This document shows positions 9,027 to 18,864 of a DNA stretch of 64,000 bases, piece by piece. The stretch is from assembly GCA_963827755.1 (NCBI GenBank), contig CAWHCQ010000037.1, positions 1-64,000 of the forward strand, in the 5' to 3' direction. The notes below the pieces were generated by a model, which did not search any database, was not told the DNA's origin, and worked only from the letters and a program-made list of their open reading frames with translations. The position numbers were made by a program, and so were the translations under genes. Source of the DNA: an uncultured Gammaproteobacteria bacterium. Its GTDB lineage: Bacteria; Pseudomonadota; Gammaproteobacteria; UBA9214. How positions within the stretch are numbered: position 1 is the first letter of the stretch; every line of letters begins with the position of its first letter.

Positions 9027-9817
9027 TATTCGGATACGATCGGCGGGGCTTTCTTCTCTTTCAGTTGATCCGGGTCAAACAGGTCATTTTCAAGTGCGGC
9101 ACCGACATTGATTTCATCGATCACCATGGTGGTTCTGGTTTTGTCCCGCAAGTCGACGATGACGACTTCCATTGGAACGTGGATGCCGTCTGTTTGCCTG
9201 ATGTTTTCCGGGCTGACGGTCAGCCGCTTGCGCAGCTGGCCGGCCTGTTCAAACAGTTCGGTTTTCAGGGTGACGCAGGTTTCTATGTCAATGTAGCTGA
9301 CTATTTTTTCATAACCGGAGTTGTCTCCGGGGTAACTGTTAATGACATAAACAGGGCGGCCGTCGAGCACCTCGTCGGGTTGCTGCTCCGCTTTCATCTC
9401 AGTCATGACGCCTTGCAGTCGTTCGAAGTCCTCATAGGAAAAGTCTGTTCCCAGCATGGAGTTGGAAATATTCCTGGATGTGATCTTGCGTACCTTGAAC
9501 AGACCCGGCATGTAGATATACATATCGTTCTGCGGTTTGTTCTGGATAATCAGGAACCGTGCACCACGCAAATCGGATGGCTCATGCATGTACATGAGCA
9601 CTTTTGCGCCGGCTTCCTCGAAGCGTTTCCAGTAGACATCGGCCTGCATGATCGATTCGTAGCCGCCGCGGTCCCGGGCACGCAGTTCAATGGATTGTGC
9701 GGAGCTCGTTTCAGGCAGGTTTTTCGCCAGGCAGGTCCTGACGGCCTCGGGAAGGTCGATTGCGCCGGAAGGCGGGGCCAGGAGAAGCAGTAGCGTTATA
9801 GACAGGATTTTGTACAT
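9026..9817 (-). CDS. Outer membrane lipoprotein-sorting (LolA-like) protein
   Basis: Signal peptide; EPSDLRGARFL; YIYMPGLFKVRKI; LGTDFSYEDF; translationally coupled to the MMPL gene. Confidence 0.82.
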   Translation of the reverse strand: MYKILSITLLLLLAPPSGAIDLPEAVRTCLAKNLPETSSAQSIELRARDRGGYESIMQADVYWKRFEEAGAKVLMYMHEPSDLRGARFLIIQNKPQNDMYIYMPGLFKVRKITSRNISNSMLGTDFSYEDFERLQGVMTEMKAEQQPDEVLDGRPVYVINSYPGDNSGYEKIVSYIDIETCVTLKTELFEQAGQLRKRLTVSPENIRQTDGIHVPMEVVIVDLRDKTRTTMVIDEINVGAALENDLFDPDQLKEKKAPPIVSE

Positions 9818-10053
9818 GGCGTTTGAACACTCTTGTTTTATGGTCAAGATGCTATACGAATAGTAGGGTTTTAGCAATGCGGCAGGCGCTGAAATGCGAT
9901 TTGCCTGCCCTTGTCCCCGGGCCTCGCGGGCACACCGCACAGCGCTTGCCGGCGCACCAGGCAGGTGCGGCGGCGTTGTCGAACTCCGGCGAATGCGGTT
10001 ATGGTTACATGGAGGCCGGCGTATTCACACGCCGGGTAAACCGGCCAGGGCTT

Positions 10054-10713
10054 ATGAGTAAAATTACAGGAATCCCGGTTGCCAGACCGGTCGCGCACTG
10101 GCTGCTGCTACTAGCGGCAGTGGTCATGCTGCCAGCGCCGCGTGCCGGGGAAGAGACCGGTCCAGTCGACATGTTGCAGGGGATGGCAGACGAGTTGATC
10201 GCGATTGCCGACAGCCGCCCGGAGATTCTTGATGACCCGGCGGAGTTGCGCAAGGTTGCCTTTGATGTCGTGTTGCCGCATGTGGACTTCCTGCTGTTGT
10301 CCCGCCGGGTACTGGGCAAGGACTGGCGCACTGCCACAGCTGCCCAGCAGGAGTTCTTCGTCAACGAGTTCCGGGAGTTGCTGCTGGGTACCTACCTGCG
10401 CTCGGTCAGTGCCTACCGGGACAACAGGATACGTTTCCAGCCGCTGCGTACAGACGGTGAGAAACAGCGGGTTATGGTGAACGCGCTGGTCGAACAGAAG
10501 AACGGCCCGCCGGTACACACCGCGTTTCGTCTGCACAGGGTGGGTAATGAATGGTTGATCTACGATGTCATCGTCGAGGGTATCAGCCTGGTAGCCACGC
10601 ACCGCTCGACGTTTGCACAGGTCATTCACAATCACGGGATCGAGGGCCTGATTGAACGACTGCGGGAGAAAAACGCCCTGAACAGTGCGGACGAGGCTGC
10701 CGGGGCCAGGTAG
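10054..10713 (+). CDS. MlaC/Ttg2D-family phospholipid-binding protein
   Basis: VLPHVDF..RVLGKDWR; WLIYDVIVEGISLVATHRSTF. Confidence 0.85.
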   Translation: MSKITGIPVARPVAHWLLLLAAVVMLPAPRAGEETGPVDMLQGMADELIAIADSRPEILDDPAELRKVAFDVVLPHVDFLLLSRRVLGKDWRTATAAQQEFFVNEFRELLLGTYLRSVSAYRDNRIRFQPLRTDGEKQRVMVNALVEQKNGPPVHTAFRLHRVGNEWLIYDVIVEGISLVATHRSTFAQVIHNHGIEGLIERLREKNALNSADEAAGAR

Positions 10714-10722
10714 CCTGGTCGG

Positions 10723-11628
10723 TTATTTACGGCGCAGATCCTCGTAGAGCATGTCGACAAACTTCCCGCTGGTGATCGTCCCGCCACCATAGTTCTCGTC
10801 ATAATCTGCCGTTGGCCAGGCGGCGTGGACCTCTTCAAGCGTAGCGTTCTCGCCCAGCAGTTTCCTGATCTTGCCGGTGACGGCGGCGAGCATATCACGA
10901 TAGGCAAGCAGTTCCTGCCGGTTGCTGATCGGTCCGTGGCCGGGAATGATGACTGTCTTGTCGTTGGCAATATCAAGTACCTGGTTGATGGCGCGGAGAC
11001 AGCCATCGGCCGATCCACCGCTGCCGGTATCGATGAACGGGTACATGCCCGCAAAATAAGTGTCGCCCATATGGATGACGTTGGCCTGTCTGAAGTACAC
11101 CATGGAATCGCCATCGGTATGCGCATGTTCGACATGCCAGGCCCTGATCTCGTTATCGTTCATATGGAAGGTAATGGCATCGTTAAACGTGATCACCGGC
11201 AGTCCTGTTTTCGACAGTGCAGGGGCGTTCATCTGGAACATTTCTATGAAGCTGTTAACAGACAGGCGCTTGCGCACATTGTCATGGGCCAGCAGGGTTG
11301 CGCCGGCCTTGCCCAGGTTTTCATTGCCGCCGCTGTGGTCCGGATGCCAGTGGGTATTGAGGACAAACCTGACCGGTTTGTCGGACAGTGTTGCAATGGC
11401 GGCAAGTATCTTGCCCGTGAGCGGCGCAAACTGGTCATCGATCAGGAATACCCCGTCATCGCCGACTGATACACCGAGGTTACCGCCCTGGCCGGTAAGC
11501 ATGTAAACGCCATCACCGGCCTTGATGGGGGTGATTTCAACATCGCTGAACCCGTCTTTGGCAACCGCTATGTTCCAGCCAGCCAGTGTCAGGGATGTGG
11601 CCAGTAAAAGTGTGGCTGTGCGTTTCAT
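10723..11628 (-). CDS. Secreted MBL-fold metallo-hydrolase
   Basis: Signal peptide; NTHWHPDHSGGN; HTDGD; HMGD; IPGHG. Confidence 0.88.
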   Translation of the reverse strand: MKRTATLLLATSLTLAGWNIAVAKDGFSDVEITPIKAGDGVYMLTGQGGNLGVSVGDDGVFLIDDQFAPLTGKILAAIATLSDKPVRFVLNTHWHPDHSGGNENLGKAGATLLAHDNVRKRLSVNSFIEMFQMNAPALSKTGLPVITFNDAITFHMNDNEIRAWHVEHAHTDGDSMVYFRQANVIHMGDTYFAGMYPFIDTGSGGSADGCLRAINQVLDIANDKTVIIPGHGPISNRQELLAYRDMLAAVTGKIRKLLGENATLEEVHAAWPTADYDENYGGGTITSGKFVDMLYEDLRRK

Positions 11629-11708
11629 GGTGTTCTCCTGTTGATGCTTGTTATTACAGCTGACCTGATTGTCTCTATTGAAGTTCAGCAGGGCAACGGT
11701 TATCCGGG

Positions 11709-11774
11709 TGTAGGAGCGAGCGCCAGCTCGCGAATATTCCGCAAACACTTCGCCAGCTGGCGCTGGCTCCTGCA
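11709..11774. repeat. Inverted REP pair (REPIN), GTAG family
   Basis: TGTAGGAGCGAGCGCCAGCTCGCGAA ... TTCGCCAGCTGGCGCTGGCTCCTGCA. Confidence 0.75.
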
Positions 11775-11804
11775 GGGGGTGATTCAATCGCTGTAGATCC
11801 CCGC

Positions 11805-12284
11805 TCAGCGCCCGCGCAGGGTCCTTTGCTTTTCCCGGGCCCAGTCATGCTCTTTCAGCGAGGCCCTTTTGTCATGGGTCTGCTTGCCACGTGCAAGCGC
11901 AATTTCGAGTTTGGCCCGCCCGTGCTTCCAGTACAGGGCCAGCGGCACGATCGTATAGCCCTTGCGCTCCACGGCGCCAATCAGTTTGTCCAGTTCACGC
12001 CGGTGCAGCAACAGGCGGCGGGTGCGTGTCGGCTCGGGCTGTATGTGGGTAGAGGCACTCTTGAGCGGTGCAATGTGCACCCCGTGCAGCCAGGCCTGGT
12101 GATCCTTGATCAGCACATAGCCTTCAGTCAGTTGCACGTGGCTCTCGCGCAGGCTTTTCACTTCCCAGCCCTGCAGGGACAGGCCGGCCTCGAAGCGGTC
12201 CTCGATGAAAAAGTCATGGCGTGCTTTTTTGTTCAGCGCGATGGTGCTGGAGTTGCGCCCGCTGGCGGATTTCTTTTTTCCCAT
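11805..12284 (-). CDS. smpB: SsrA-binding protein SmpB
   Basis: [32 protein letters not shown]; [11 protein letters not shown]; [10 protein letters not shown]. Confidence 0.97.
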   Translation of the reverse strand: MGKKKSASGRNSSTIALNKKARHDFFIEDRFEAGLSLQGWEVKSLRESHVQLTEGYVLIKDHQAWLHGVHIAPLKSASTHIQPEPTRTRRLLLHRRELDKLIGAVERKGYTIVPLALYWKHGRAKLEIALARGKQTHDKRASLKEHDWAREKQRTLRGR

Positions 12285-12405
12285 CGGTGCAGTATATCAA
12301 CCTCTTGGTGTGCGGGCGTACAAGTCGCTGCAACAACTTGTGATAACCCATGATTTCACGGACAATGCGCGTGCTGTCTGGCTGCAAGTGAACAGGAGAC
12401 CCTTT

Positions 12406-13839
12406 ATGCCGAGCGCAAGAGTTTCGATTCATGGACAGTGGTCCAGTCGTCTCGCTTTTATCCTCGCCGCAACCGGTTCGGCCGTCGGACTGGGTAATGT
12501 CTGGAAGTTTCCCTATATCGCCGGCGAGAACGGCGGTGGCGCCTTCGTGCTGGTTTACCTGTTTTGCATTGCCGTGATCGGCATCCCGATCATGATGGCC
12601 GAGGTGATGATCGGGCGTCGTGGCCGCCAGAGTCCCATCAACACCATGCGTACCCTGGCATATGAAGAAAAGGCCAGCCGGCGGTGGCAGTTGCTGGGCT
12701 GGGCCGGGGTCCTTGCCGGTTTCCTGATCCTTTCCTATTACAGCGTGATCGCCGGCTGGGCGATTGCCTACGTGTTCCGTGCCGGTAGCGGCGTGTTTAC
12801 CGGCCTGACCGCCGACGGTGTACAGAGTATTTTCCACAACCTGGTGGGCGAGGCGGAACGCCTGCTGGCCTGGCATACCATTTTCATGATCATGACCATG
12901 ATGGTGGTGGCGCGCGGCGTCAGCGGCGGCCTGGAGAAGGCCGTGCGCCTGTTGATGCCGGCGCTGTTCGCCCTGTTGCTGGTGCTGGTTGGTTATGCCT
13001 GGAACAGCGGTTCCTTTGAACAGGGTGCCCGTTTTTTGTTTGAGCCGGATTTCAGCAAGATCACGGCGAACGGCGTACTGATCGCCATGGGGCATGCATT
13101 CTTTACCCTCAGCCTGGGGATGGGGGCGATCATGGTCTACGGTTCCTACCTGCCGGACAACGCCTCGATTGCGAAAACCTCGATTGCCGTTTCGCTGATG
13201 GATACCGTGGTCGCGCTGCTGGCCGGCATGGCGATCTTTCCGATTGTGTTTGCCAATGGCCTCGAACCGGCCGCCGGCCCCGGCCTGATCTTCCAGACCC
13301 TGCCGATCGCCTTCGGGCACATGGACGGCGGTGCCTTTTTCGGGATGCTGTTTTTTGTCCTGCTGGTGTTTGCTGCCTGGACCTCTGCCATTTCCCTGAT
13401 CGAGCCTGCGGTTGCGTGGCTGGTGGAGAACAAGGGTATGACCCGGGTATTTGCATCGGTAGTGGCCGGCGGCCTTACCTGGCTGTTCGGCCTGCTGACG
13501 GTGCTGTCTTTCAATATCTGGTCCGATGTCAAACCGCTGTCCGCTATCTATATTTTCAGGGACAGTACCATTTTTGATTTGCTCGACTACCTGACTGCCA
13601 ATATCATGCTGCCGCTGGGCGGTATGCTGATCGCGATTTTCGTGGGCTGGTCAATGACGCGTGACTCAAGTGTCGACGAGCTGGCCATGAAAGACGGTTT
13701 TTTCTACAGGCTATGGCGATTCCTGGTGCGTTATATCACGCCGCTCGCCGTGTTTATCGTTTTCCTGAATGCGATTGGCGTCATTGATCTCATCACCCGC
13801 TATTTGACCCCGCTGGGAAAATATCTTGGGTTCCATTGA
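12406..13839 (+). CDS. Sodium-dependent transporter, SNF/NSS family
   Basis: WSSRLAFILAATGSAVGLGNVWKFPYIAGENGGGAF; AFFTLSLGMG. Confidence 0.92.
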   Translation: MPSARVSIHGQWSSRLAFILAATGSAVGLGNVWKFPYIAGENGGGAFVLVYLFCIAVIGIPIMMAEVMIGRRGRQSPINTMRTLAYEEKASRRWQLLGWAGVLAGFLILSYYSVIAGWAIAYVFRAGSGVFTGLTADGVQSIFHNLVGEAERLLAWHTIFMIMTMMVVARGVSGGLEKAVRLLMPALFALLLVLVGYAWNSGSFEQGARFLFEPDFSKITANGVLIAMGHAFFTLSLGMGAIMVYGSYLPDNASIAKTSIAVSLMDTVVALLAGMAIFPIVFANGLEPAAGPGLIFQTLPIAFGHMDGGAFFGMLFFVLLVFAAWTSAISLIEPAVAWLVENKGMTRVFASVVAGGLTWLFGLLTVLSFNIWSDVKPLSAIYIFRDSTIFDLLDYLTANIMLPLGGMLIAIFVGWSMTRDSSVDELAMKDGFFYRLWRFLVRYITPLAVFIVFLNAIGVIDLITRYLTPLGKYLGFH

Positions 13840-14263
13840 CCGTTCAGCATTATTACCTTACACGCCGGAAGAGATGTTCAGGCTGGTGGCGGATATCAGG
13901 GCCTACCCGGAATTTCTTCCATGGTGCAGCGGTTCCGGAATTCTCGCGCAAGAGAAGGATGGCGTGGTTGCCCGAATCGATTTTTCCGTGGGTAATGTCA
14001 GCAAGTCATTTACCACGCGCAATGTGCACCACGCCAACGAGGAGATTGCCATGCAGCTGGTGGAGGGGCCTTTCAGCGAGTTGCGGGGTTATTGGCGGTT
14101 CCGCCCGCTGGGCGAGCATGGCTGCAAGATAAACCTGTCCCTGCACTATGACTTCTCCAGCCGCATGGTGAGCGCGGTGGTGGGCCCGGTGTTCAACAAG
14201 ATCGCCAATTCCCTGGTGGATTCGTTCAACAAGCGCGCCGTCGAGATTTATGGCGAGCGCTGA
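13826..14263 (+). CDS. ratA: RatA/PasT (START-fold) protein
   Basis: RSALLPYTPEEMFRLVADIRAYPEFLPWC; synteny near smpB. Confidence 0.9.
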   Translation: MGSIDRSALLPYTPEEMFRLVADIRAYPEFLPWCSGSGILAQEKDGVVARIDFSVGNVSKSFTTRNVHHANEEIAMQLVEGPFSELRGYWRFRPLGEHGCKINLSLHYDFSSRMVSAVVGPVFNKIANSLVDSFNKRAVEIYGER

Positions 14264-14564
14264 AACAATTCATGTCGAGGTGGCGTATGCCCTGCCGCAG
14301 AAGCAGGTCATCCTGGCGCTCGAGGTTGCAGCGGACGCTACGCTGGAGCAGGTGATTCAGGCCTCGGGCATACTGGCGCAGTTTCCCGGGATAGACCTGC
14401 GCCGTAACCGGGTCGGTGTGTTTGGCAAGCTCGGCAAGTTGACCGACACCCTGCACCCCGGTGACCGCGTCGAGATTTACCGGCCGCTGATTGCGGACCC
14501 GAAAGTCGTCAGGAAACAGCGTGCCGCACAGGGCAAGCTGATGAAGAAGGATGCTGGAAAGTAG
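14250..14564 (+). CDS. rnfH: RnfH/RatB-family protein
   Basis: VEVAYALPQKQ; GDRVEIYRPLIADPK. Confidence 0.9.
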   Translation: MASAETIHVEVAYALPQKQVILALEVAADATLEQVIQASGILAQFPGIDLRRNRVGVFGKLGKLTDTLHPGDRVEIYRPLIADPKVVRKQRAAQGKLMKKDAGK

Positions 14565-14581
14565 CCGCGATCAGGGCTTGA

Positions 14582-15049
14582 CTAGATAGAATCTTCGTCC
14601 TGCTTGCGGAAGGTAAGCCAGTGCCACAGCTTGTTGAGTACGCCGCGTTCGATGCGTTCATGCGGGGGCACCACCAGGGTAACCTGCTTTGGCCGGGCCG
14701 GTGCATTTTTACCTTCCGGGGCCGGGCGCATGGTGCCTTCAATGCGCTCGAGTGAATCGCCGTCAAAGAACACGGTGACACGTTCTTCGCTGATCTCGCC
14801 ATAGCCGGGTTTGAGCCAGTAGATGTAATCCCAGCGGTCCTGCTGAAAAACATCCGTTATCATCGGTGAACCCATGATGAACTGGACCTGGCGGCGGGTC
14901 ATGCCCGGTTCCAGCTGGTTCAGGTCGTCCTGGGTGAGCACGTTGCCTTGCTGGACATCTATTTTATGGACCAGGCGGGGTTTCAGGGAGGAGCAGCCTG
15001 CAAGCACAAGACTTGCAATGCAGGTAATAATAATGAGAAGCTTTTTCAT
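14582..15049 (-). CDS. bamE: Outer membrane assembly lipoprotein BamE
   Basis: Lipobox LAGC; IDVQQGN; GMTRRQVQFIMGSP; RWDYIY. Confidence 0.92.
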   Translation of the reverse strand: MKKLLIIITCIASLVLAGCSSLKPRLVHKIDVQQGNVLTQDDLNQLEPGMTRRQVQFIMGSPMITDVFQQDRWDYIYWLKPGYGEISEERVTVFFDGDSLERIEGTMRPAPEGKNAPARPKQVTLVVPPHERIERGVLNKLWHWLTFRKQDEDSI

Positions 15050-15135
15050 CTGCTGACCGGTCCGGTTTCTGTGAAAACAACGGCCGCATGATACCCCAAG
15101 TCAGTATTCAATGGCATTGCCGAGGAGTAGATGAA

Positions 15136-15549
15136 TTGGAATCCAGTGACTTACGCAAGGCCGGCCTCAAAGTCACCCTGCCCAGGGTGAAGATCCTCGA
15201 TATCCTGGAGGGCAGCGGCGCCCGCCACCAGAGCGCGGAGGATGTCTACAAGGTGCTGCTGGAATCAGGCGAGGACATTGGCCTGGCCACGGTGTACCGG
15301 GTGCTGACCCAGTTCGAGGCGGCCGGGCTGGTCAAGCGCCATCATTTCGAGGGCGGGCACTCTGTTTTTGAAATGGACCAGGGTGACCACCACGACCATA
15401 TCCTGTGTGTGAAATGCGGGCGGGTCGATGAATTCTACGATGAAATAATTGAACAGCATCAGAAGGATATCGCCGTCAGGCTGGGCTATGAACTGACCGA
15501 TCACAGCCTCTATATGTACGGGATCTGTGCAAACTGTAAAGCCGGCTAG
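15136..15549 (+). CDS. fur: Ferric uptake regulator
   Basis: LRKAGLKVTLPRVKIL; GLATVYRVLTQFE; HHDH; TTG start after GAGGAG. Confidence 0.95.
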   Translation: MESSDLRKAGLKVTLPRVKILDILEGSGARHQSAEDVYKVLLESGEDIGLATVYRVLTQFEAAGLVKRHHFEGGHSVFEMDQGDHHDHILCVKCGRVDEFYDEIIEQHQKDIAVRLGYELTDHSLYMYGICANCKAG

Positions 15550-15656
15550 ACCCTCACGCGGCTGCCTGTCTGCCGCTCTCCTGTCCCCTGCAGGGGAAAC
15601 CTGCCATGGTAATCAGCCAGCCGGTGCTGTAATTCCGGCGGCGGTGATTCGGCCGC

Positions 15657-15825
15657 CTAGGAGCCTGTCGGACTTGGGCGATCGTAGCGAGCCGGGTGGG
15701 AGAACGAGGTCATTTTTTCGATCGTTCGAGGAGAATAGCCGTAGCTATTTGACGAGGAGGATCGGAAAAATGGGCCGTTGTCCCGCCGGCGCAGTAGATC
15801 AGTCCCAAGTCCGACAGGCTCCTAG
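15657..15825. mobile_element. MITE, 169 bp, CTAG-flanked
   Basis: Perfect 22-bp inverted ends CTAGGAGCCTGTCGGACTTGGG / CCCAAGTCCGACAGGCTCCTAG; no transposase inside. Confidence 0.8.
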
Positions 15826-16166
15826 TGTCGTTTTATATGCGCATGCAGGGTAATGAGGTCATCGAATCGCTTGATCAGCTGCAGCAGGCTGGAGGTTGGC
15901 GGGTCATTTTTGCGCAAATAGGACTTTGCATAGACATGGATCCCGCTCCTGGCCGGCAGGGGTTTGCTGTCTTCGAGGATCGTCTTCATGCGCGGCAGAA
16001 AGATCCACTGAATCCACTGTTCAAACCTGAGGGTGTCTATGCAAAAGGGCTGGGCGCTGCTCAGGGCGCTCACCGCCGGCTGGTCCCGGTCCCATCGGCC
16101 ATGGCTTCTCAGGGTCCCTTCAACCTCGAGCAGAACGTCGGCGATCCGGTTGGGTATATCGTGCAT
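15822..16166 (-). CDS. YqcC-family protein
   Basis: ALSSAQPFCIDTLRFEQWIQWIFLPRM. Confidence 0.85.
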   Translation of the reverse strand: MHDIPNRIADVLLEVEGTLRSHGRWDRDQPAVSALSSAQPFCIDTLRFEQWIQWIFLPRMKTILEDSKPLPARSGIHVYAKSYLRKNDPPTSSLLQLIKRFDDLITLHAHIKRH

Positions 16167-16458
16167 GGCGGAATTATACATACGACGGCTGGCGGGCATA
16201 GCTGAAGTGGACCTGGCGTACACTGGCTGATTTTGCAGCATGCAGGCGCAATTCCGGGGCTCCTGTGAACCATTCACTGGCCACGGGGCCATCAGAAGCA
16301 TTTATTTTTTGCCGCATTGGGCTATAATCCCGCGGCTGTATTTCACCACAAATGCGTGTCAGCAGATAATTTTAAGTAAACTCGCGTGACAGCTCGCCGT
16401 GCCGGGTGGCCGGCGATCGTTCGTCGTTACAAGACCTAACCTAAAGAGTAGCAGGAAA

Positions 16459-18546
16459 ATGACTGATTTAGCCAAGTACAGAAACATCGGCATCTTCGCC
16501 CACGTGGATGCCGGCAAGACGACGACCACGGAACGAATCCTCAAGCTGACCGGCAAGATTCATAAAACCGGGGAAGTGCATGATGGCGAGGCCACCACGG
16601 ACTTCATGGAGCAGGAACAGGAGCGCGGCATTACCATTCAGTCGGCCGCGACCAGCTGCGAGTGGAACGGCCACCGGCTCAATATTATCGATACGCCCGG
16701 ACACGTTGATTTTACCATCGAGGTCTACCGCTCGCTTAAAGTGCTCGACGGCGGTATCGGTGTTTTTTGCGGCTCCGGCGGCGTGGAACCGCAGTCCGAG
16801 ACCAACTGGCGCTACGCCAACGACTCCGAGGTGGCGCGGGTCATCTTTATCAACAAGCTCGATCGTATCGGCGCGGATTTCTACCGCGTGGCCAAACAGG
16901 TCCACGACGTACTCGATGCAAATGCGCTGGTGATGGTGCTGCCGATCGGTGTTGAAGACGACTTCCGCGGTTGTGTAGACCTGCTGACGCGCAAGGCCTG
17001 GATCTGGGACAACGAGACCGGCGATACCACAGCCTACAGAATCGAAGAGCCGCCTGCCGAGATGGCGGATCTGATTGAAGAATGGCGTGAAAAACTGATT
17101 GAAACGGCTGTCGAGCAGGACGATGCCGTGCTCGAGCAATACCTGGAGGGTGTCGAGCCACCACTGGAAGACCTGAACCGTTGTATTCGCAAGGGTACCA
17201 TCGCGCTGGATTTCTTCCCGACCTATTGCGGATCGGCCTTTAAAGACAAGGGTGTGCAGATGGTACTGGATGCCGCCGTTGCCTACCTGCCGGATCCGAC
17301 CGAGGTCAAGCCGCAGCCCGAGGTGGACCTGGAAGGTAACGAAACCGGCAAGGTTGCAGCGATCGATCCCGACAGGCCGTTGCGTGCACTGGCCTTCAAG
17401 ATCATGGATGACCGCTTTGGCGCGCTGACCTTTATCCGCATCTATTCAGGCCGAATAGCGAAAGGCGATACCGTGCTGAATACCTTTACCGGCAAGACCG
17501 AGCGCATTGGCCGTATTGTGGAAATGCACGCGGACGAACGCATCGAGCTGGATCGTGCACAGGCCGGCGATATCGTGGCCGTGCTGGGCATGAAGAACGT
17601 CCAGACCGGGCACACGCTGTGTGATCCGAAGGATTCCGCCACGCTGGAACCGATGGTGTTCCCGGCCCCGGTTATTTCCATCGCGGTGGCGCCCAACGAC
17701 AAGGCGGCTGCAGAAAAGATGAGTATCGCGCTGAACAAGATGACCAAGGAAGATCCTTCCTTTCACCTTGAAACCGACGAGGAGAGTGGTGAAACAATCC
17801 TCAAGGGTATGGGTGAGCTGCACCTCGATATCAAGGTCGACATCCTGCGCCGTACCCACGGCATCGATGTGACGGTCGGTAAACCGCAGGTTGCCTACCG
17901 CGAAACCATTACCCGGCGTGTTGAAGACAGCTACACCCACAAGAAACAAACCGGTGGTTCAGGCCAGTTTGCCAAGATCGATTATGTTATCGAGCCGGGT
18001 GAAGCTGGCAGCGGTTTTGAATTCGAATCGAAAGTGACCGGCGGTAACGTGCCGCGTGAATTCTGGCCTGCTGTCAAGAAGGGGTTTGAAAAGAGCCTGG
18101 ACAGGGGTGTGCTGGCGGGTTATCCCTGTCTCGATTTCAGGATGACGCTGATGGACGGTGCCTTTCATGCCGTCGACTCGTCTGCCGTTGCCTACGAGCT
18201 GGCCGCAGGTGCGGCCTACCGGCAGACCATGCCAAAGGCAGGCCCGCAAATGATGGAGCCGATCATGAAGGTGGATGTGTTCACGCCGGAAGATTACGTC
18301 GGTGATGTCATCGGCGATCTCAACCGTCGCCGTGGCATGATCAAGTCCCAGGAAGCCGGCACCACCAGTGTGCGTGTCAAGGCAGAGTGCCCGTTGAGCC
18401 AGATGTTCGGCTATATCGGCGACCTGCGCACCATGACCTCCGGCCGTGGCCAGTTCACCATGGAGTTCCTCCACTATATGCCGTGTCCGAAGAATGTTGC
18501 CGATGAAGTCATCAGGGAAGCAAAGGAACGCGAAGCGAACAAATAA
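16459..18546 (+). CDS. fusA: Elongation factor G, stand-alone paralog
   Basis: [22 protein letters not shown]; [18 protein letters not shown]; DTPGHVDF; NKLD; no rpsL/rpsG/tuf neighbours. Confidence 0.95.
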   Translation: MTDLAKYRNIGIFAHVDAGKTTTTERILKLTGKIHKTGEVHDGEATTDFMEQEQERGITIQSAATSCEWNGHRLNIIDTPGHVDFTIEVYRSLKVLDGGIGVFCGSGGVEPQSETNWRYANDSEVARVIFINKLDRIGADFYRVAKQVHDVLDANALVMVLPIGVEDDFRGCVDLLTRKAWIWDNETGDTTAYRIEEPPAEMADLIEEWREKLIETAVEQDDAVLEQYLEGVEPPLEDLNRCIRKGTIALDFFPTYCGSAFKDKGVQMVLDAAVAYLPDPTEVKPQPEVDLEGNETGKVAAIDPDRPLRALAFKIMDDRFGALTFIRIYSGRIAKGDTVLNTFTGKTERIGRIVEMHADERIELDRAQAGDIVAVLGMKNVQTGHTLCDPKDSATLEPMVFPAPVISIAVAPNDKAAAEKMSIALNKMTKEDPSFHLETDEESGETILKGMGELHLDIKVDILRRTHGIDVTVGKPQVAYRETITRRVEDSYTHKKQTGGSGQFAKIDYVIEPGEAGSGFEFESKVTGGNVPREFWPAVKKGFEKSLDRGVLAGYPCLDFRMTLMDGAFHAVDSSAVAYELAAGAAYRQTMPKAGPQMMEPIMKVDVFTPEDYVGDVIGDLNRRRGMIKSQEAGTTSVRVKAECPLSQMFGYIGDLRTMTSGRGQFTMEFLHYMPCPKNVADEVIREAKEREANK

Positions 18547-18569
18547 CAGCTTCGTCGTCCAGTGAATGT

Positions 18570-18592
18570 AGGGGCCGCAAGGCCCCTTTTTT
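18570..18592 (+). terminator. Intrinsic terminator of fusA
   Basis: AGGGGCC-GCAA-GGCCCCT followed by a T run. Confidence 0.85.
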
Positions 18593-18615
18593 AATGCCGC
18601 CAGTCATGCATGCCT

Positions 18616-18858
18616 GACGGGTACGCTACGCTTTACCCGTCCTATGCGGCCTGAGGTATTCCCGATGGGTACGCTACGCTTTACCCATCCTGCGGCCTGA
18701 GGTATTCCCGATGGGTACGCTACGCTTTACCCATCCTGCGGCCTGAGGTATTCCCGATGGGTACGCTACGCTTTACCCATCCTGCGGCCTGAGGTATTTC
18801 GAAAAAGGTATAAAGGTAGACGGTAGGATGGGTAAAGGAGCGAAGCGACGTACCCATC
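18616..18858. repeat. Tandem REP array: four ~46-bp units plus one inverted REP
   Basis: GATGGGTACGCTACGCTTTACCCATCCTGCGGCCTGAGGTATTCCC starting at 18616, 18664, 18710 and 18756; inverted GTAGGATGGGTAAAG..CGTACCCATC at 18823-18858. Confidence 0.88.
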
Positions 18859-18864
18859 AATACG

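Noticed and set aside
11775-11800. GGGGGTGATTC as a tmRNA 5' end next to smpB
   Set aside because: Opposite strand to the 3' pieces, no matching acceptor stem or TTCGAC D-loop motif, and no room for a tmRNA body
18616-18800. Possible CRISPR array
   Set aside because: The intervening sequences are identical rather than unique spacers, the unit is a GTAG-family REP, and no cas genes are nearby
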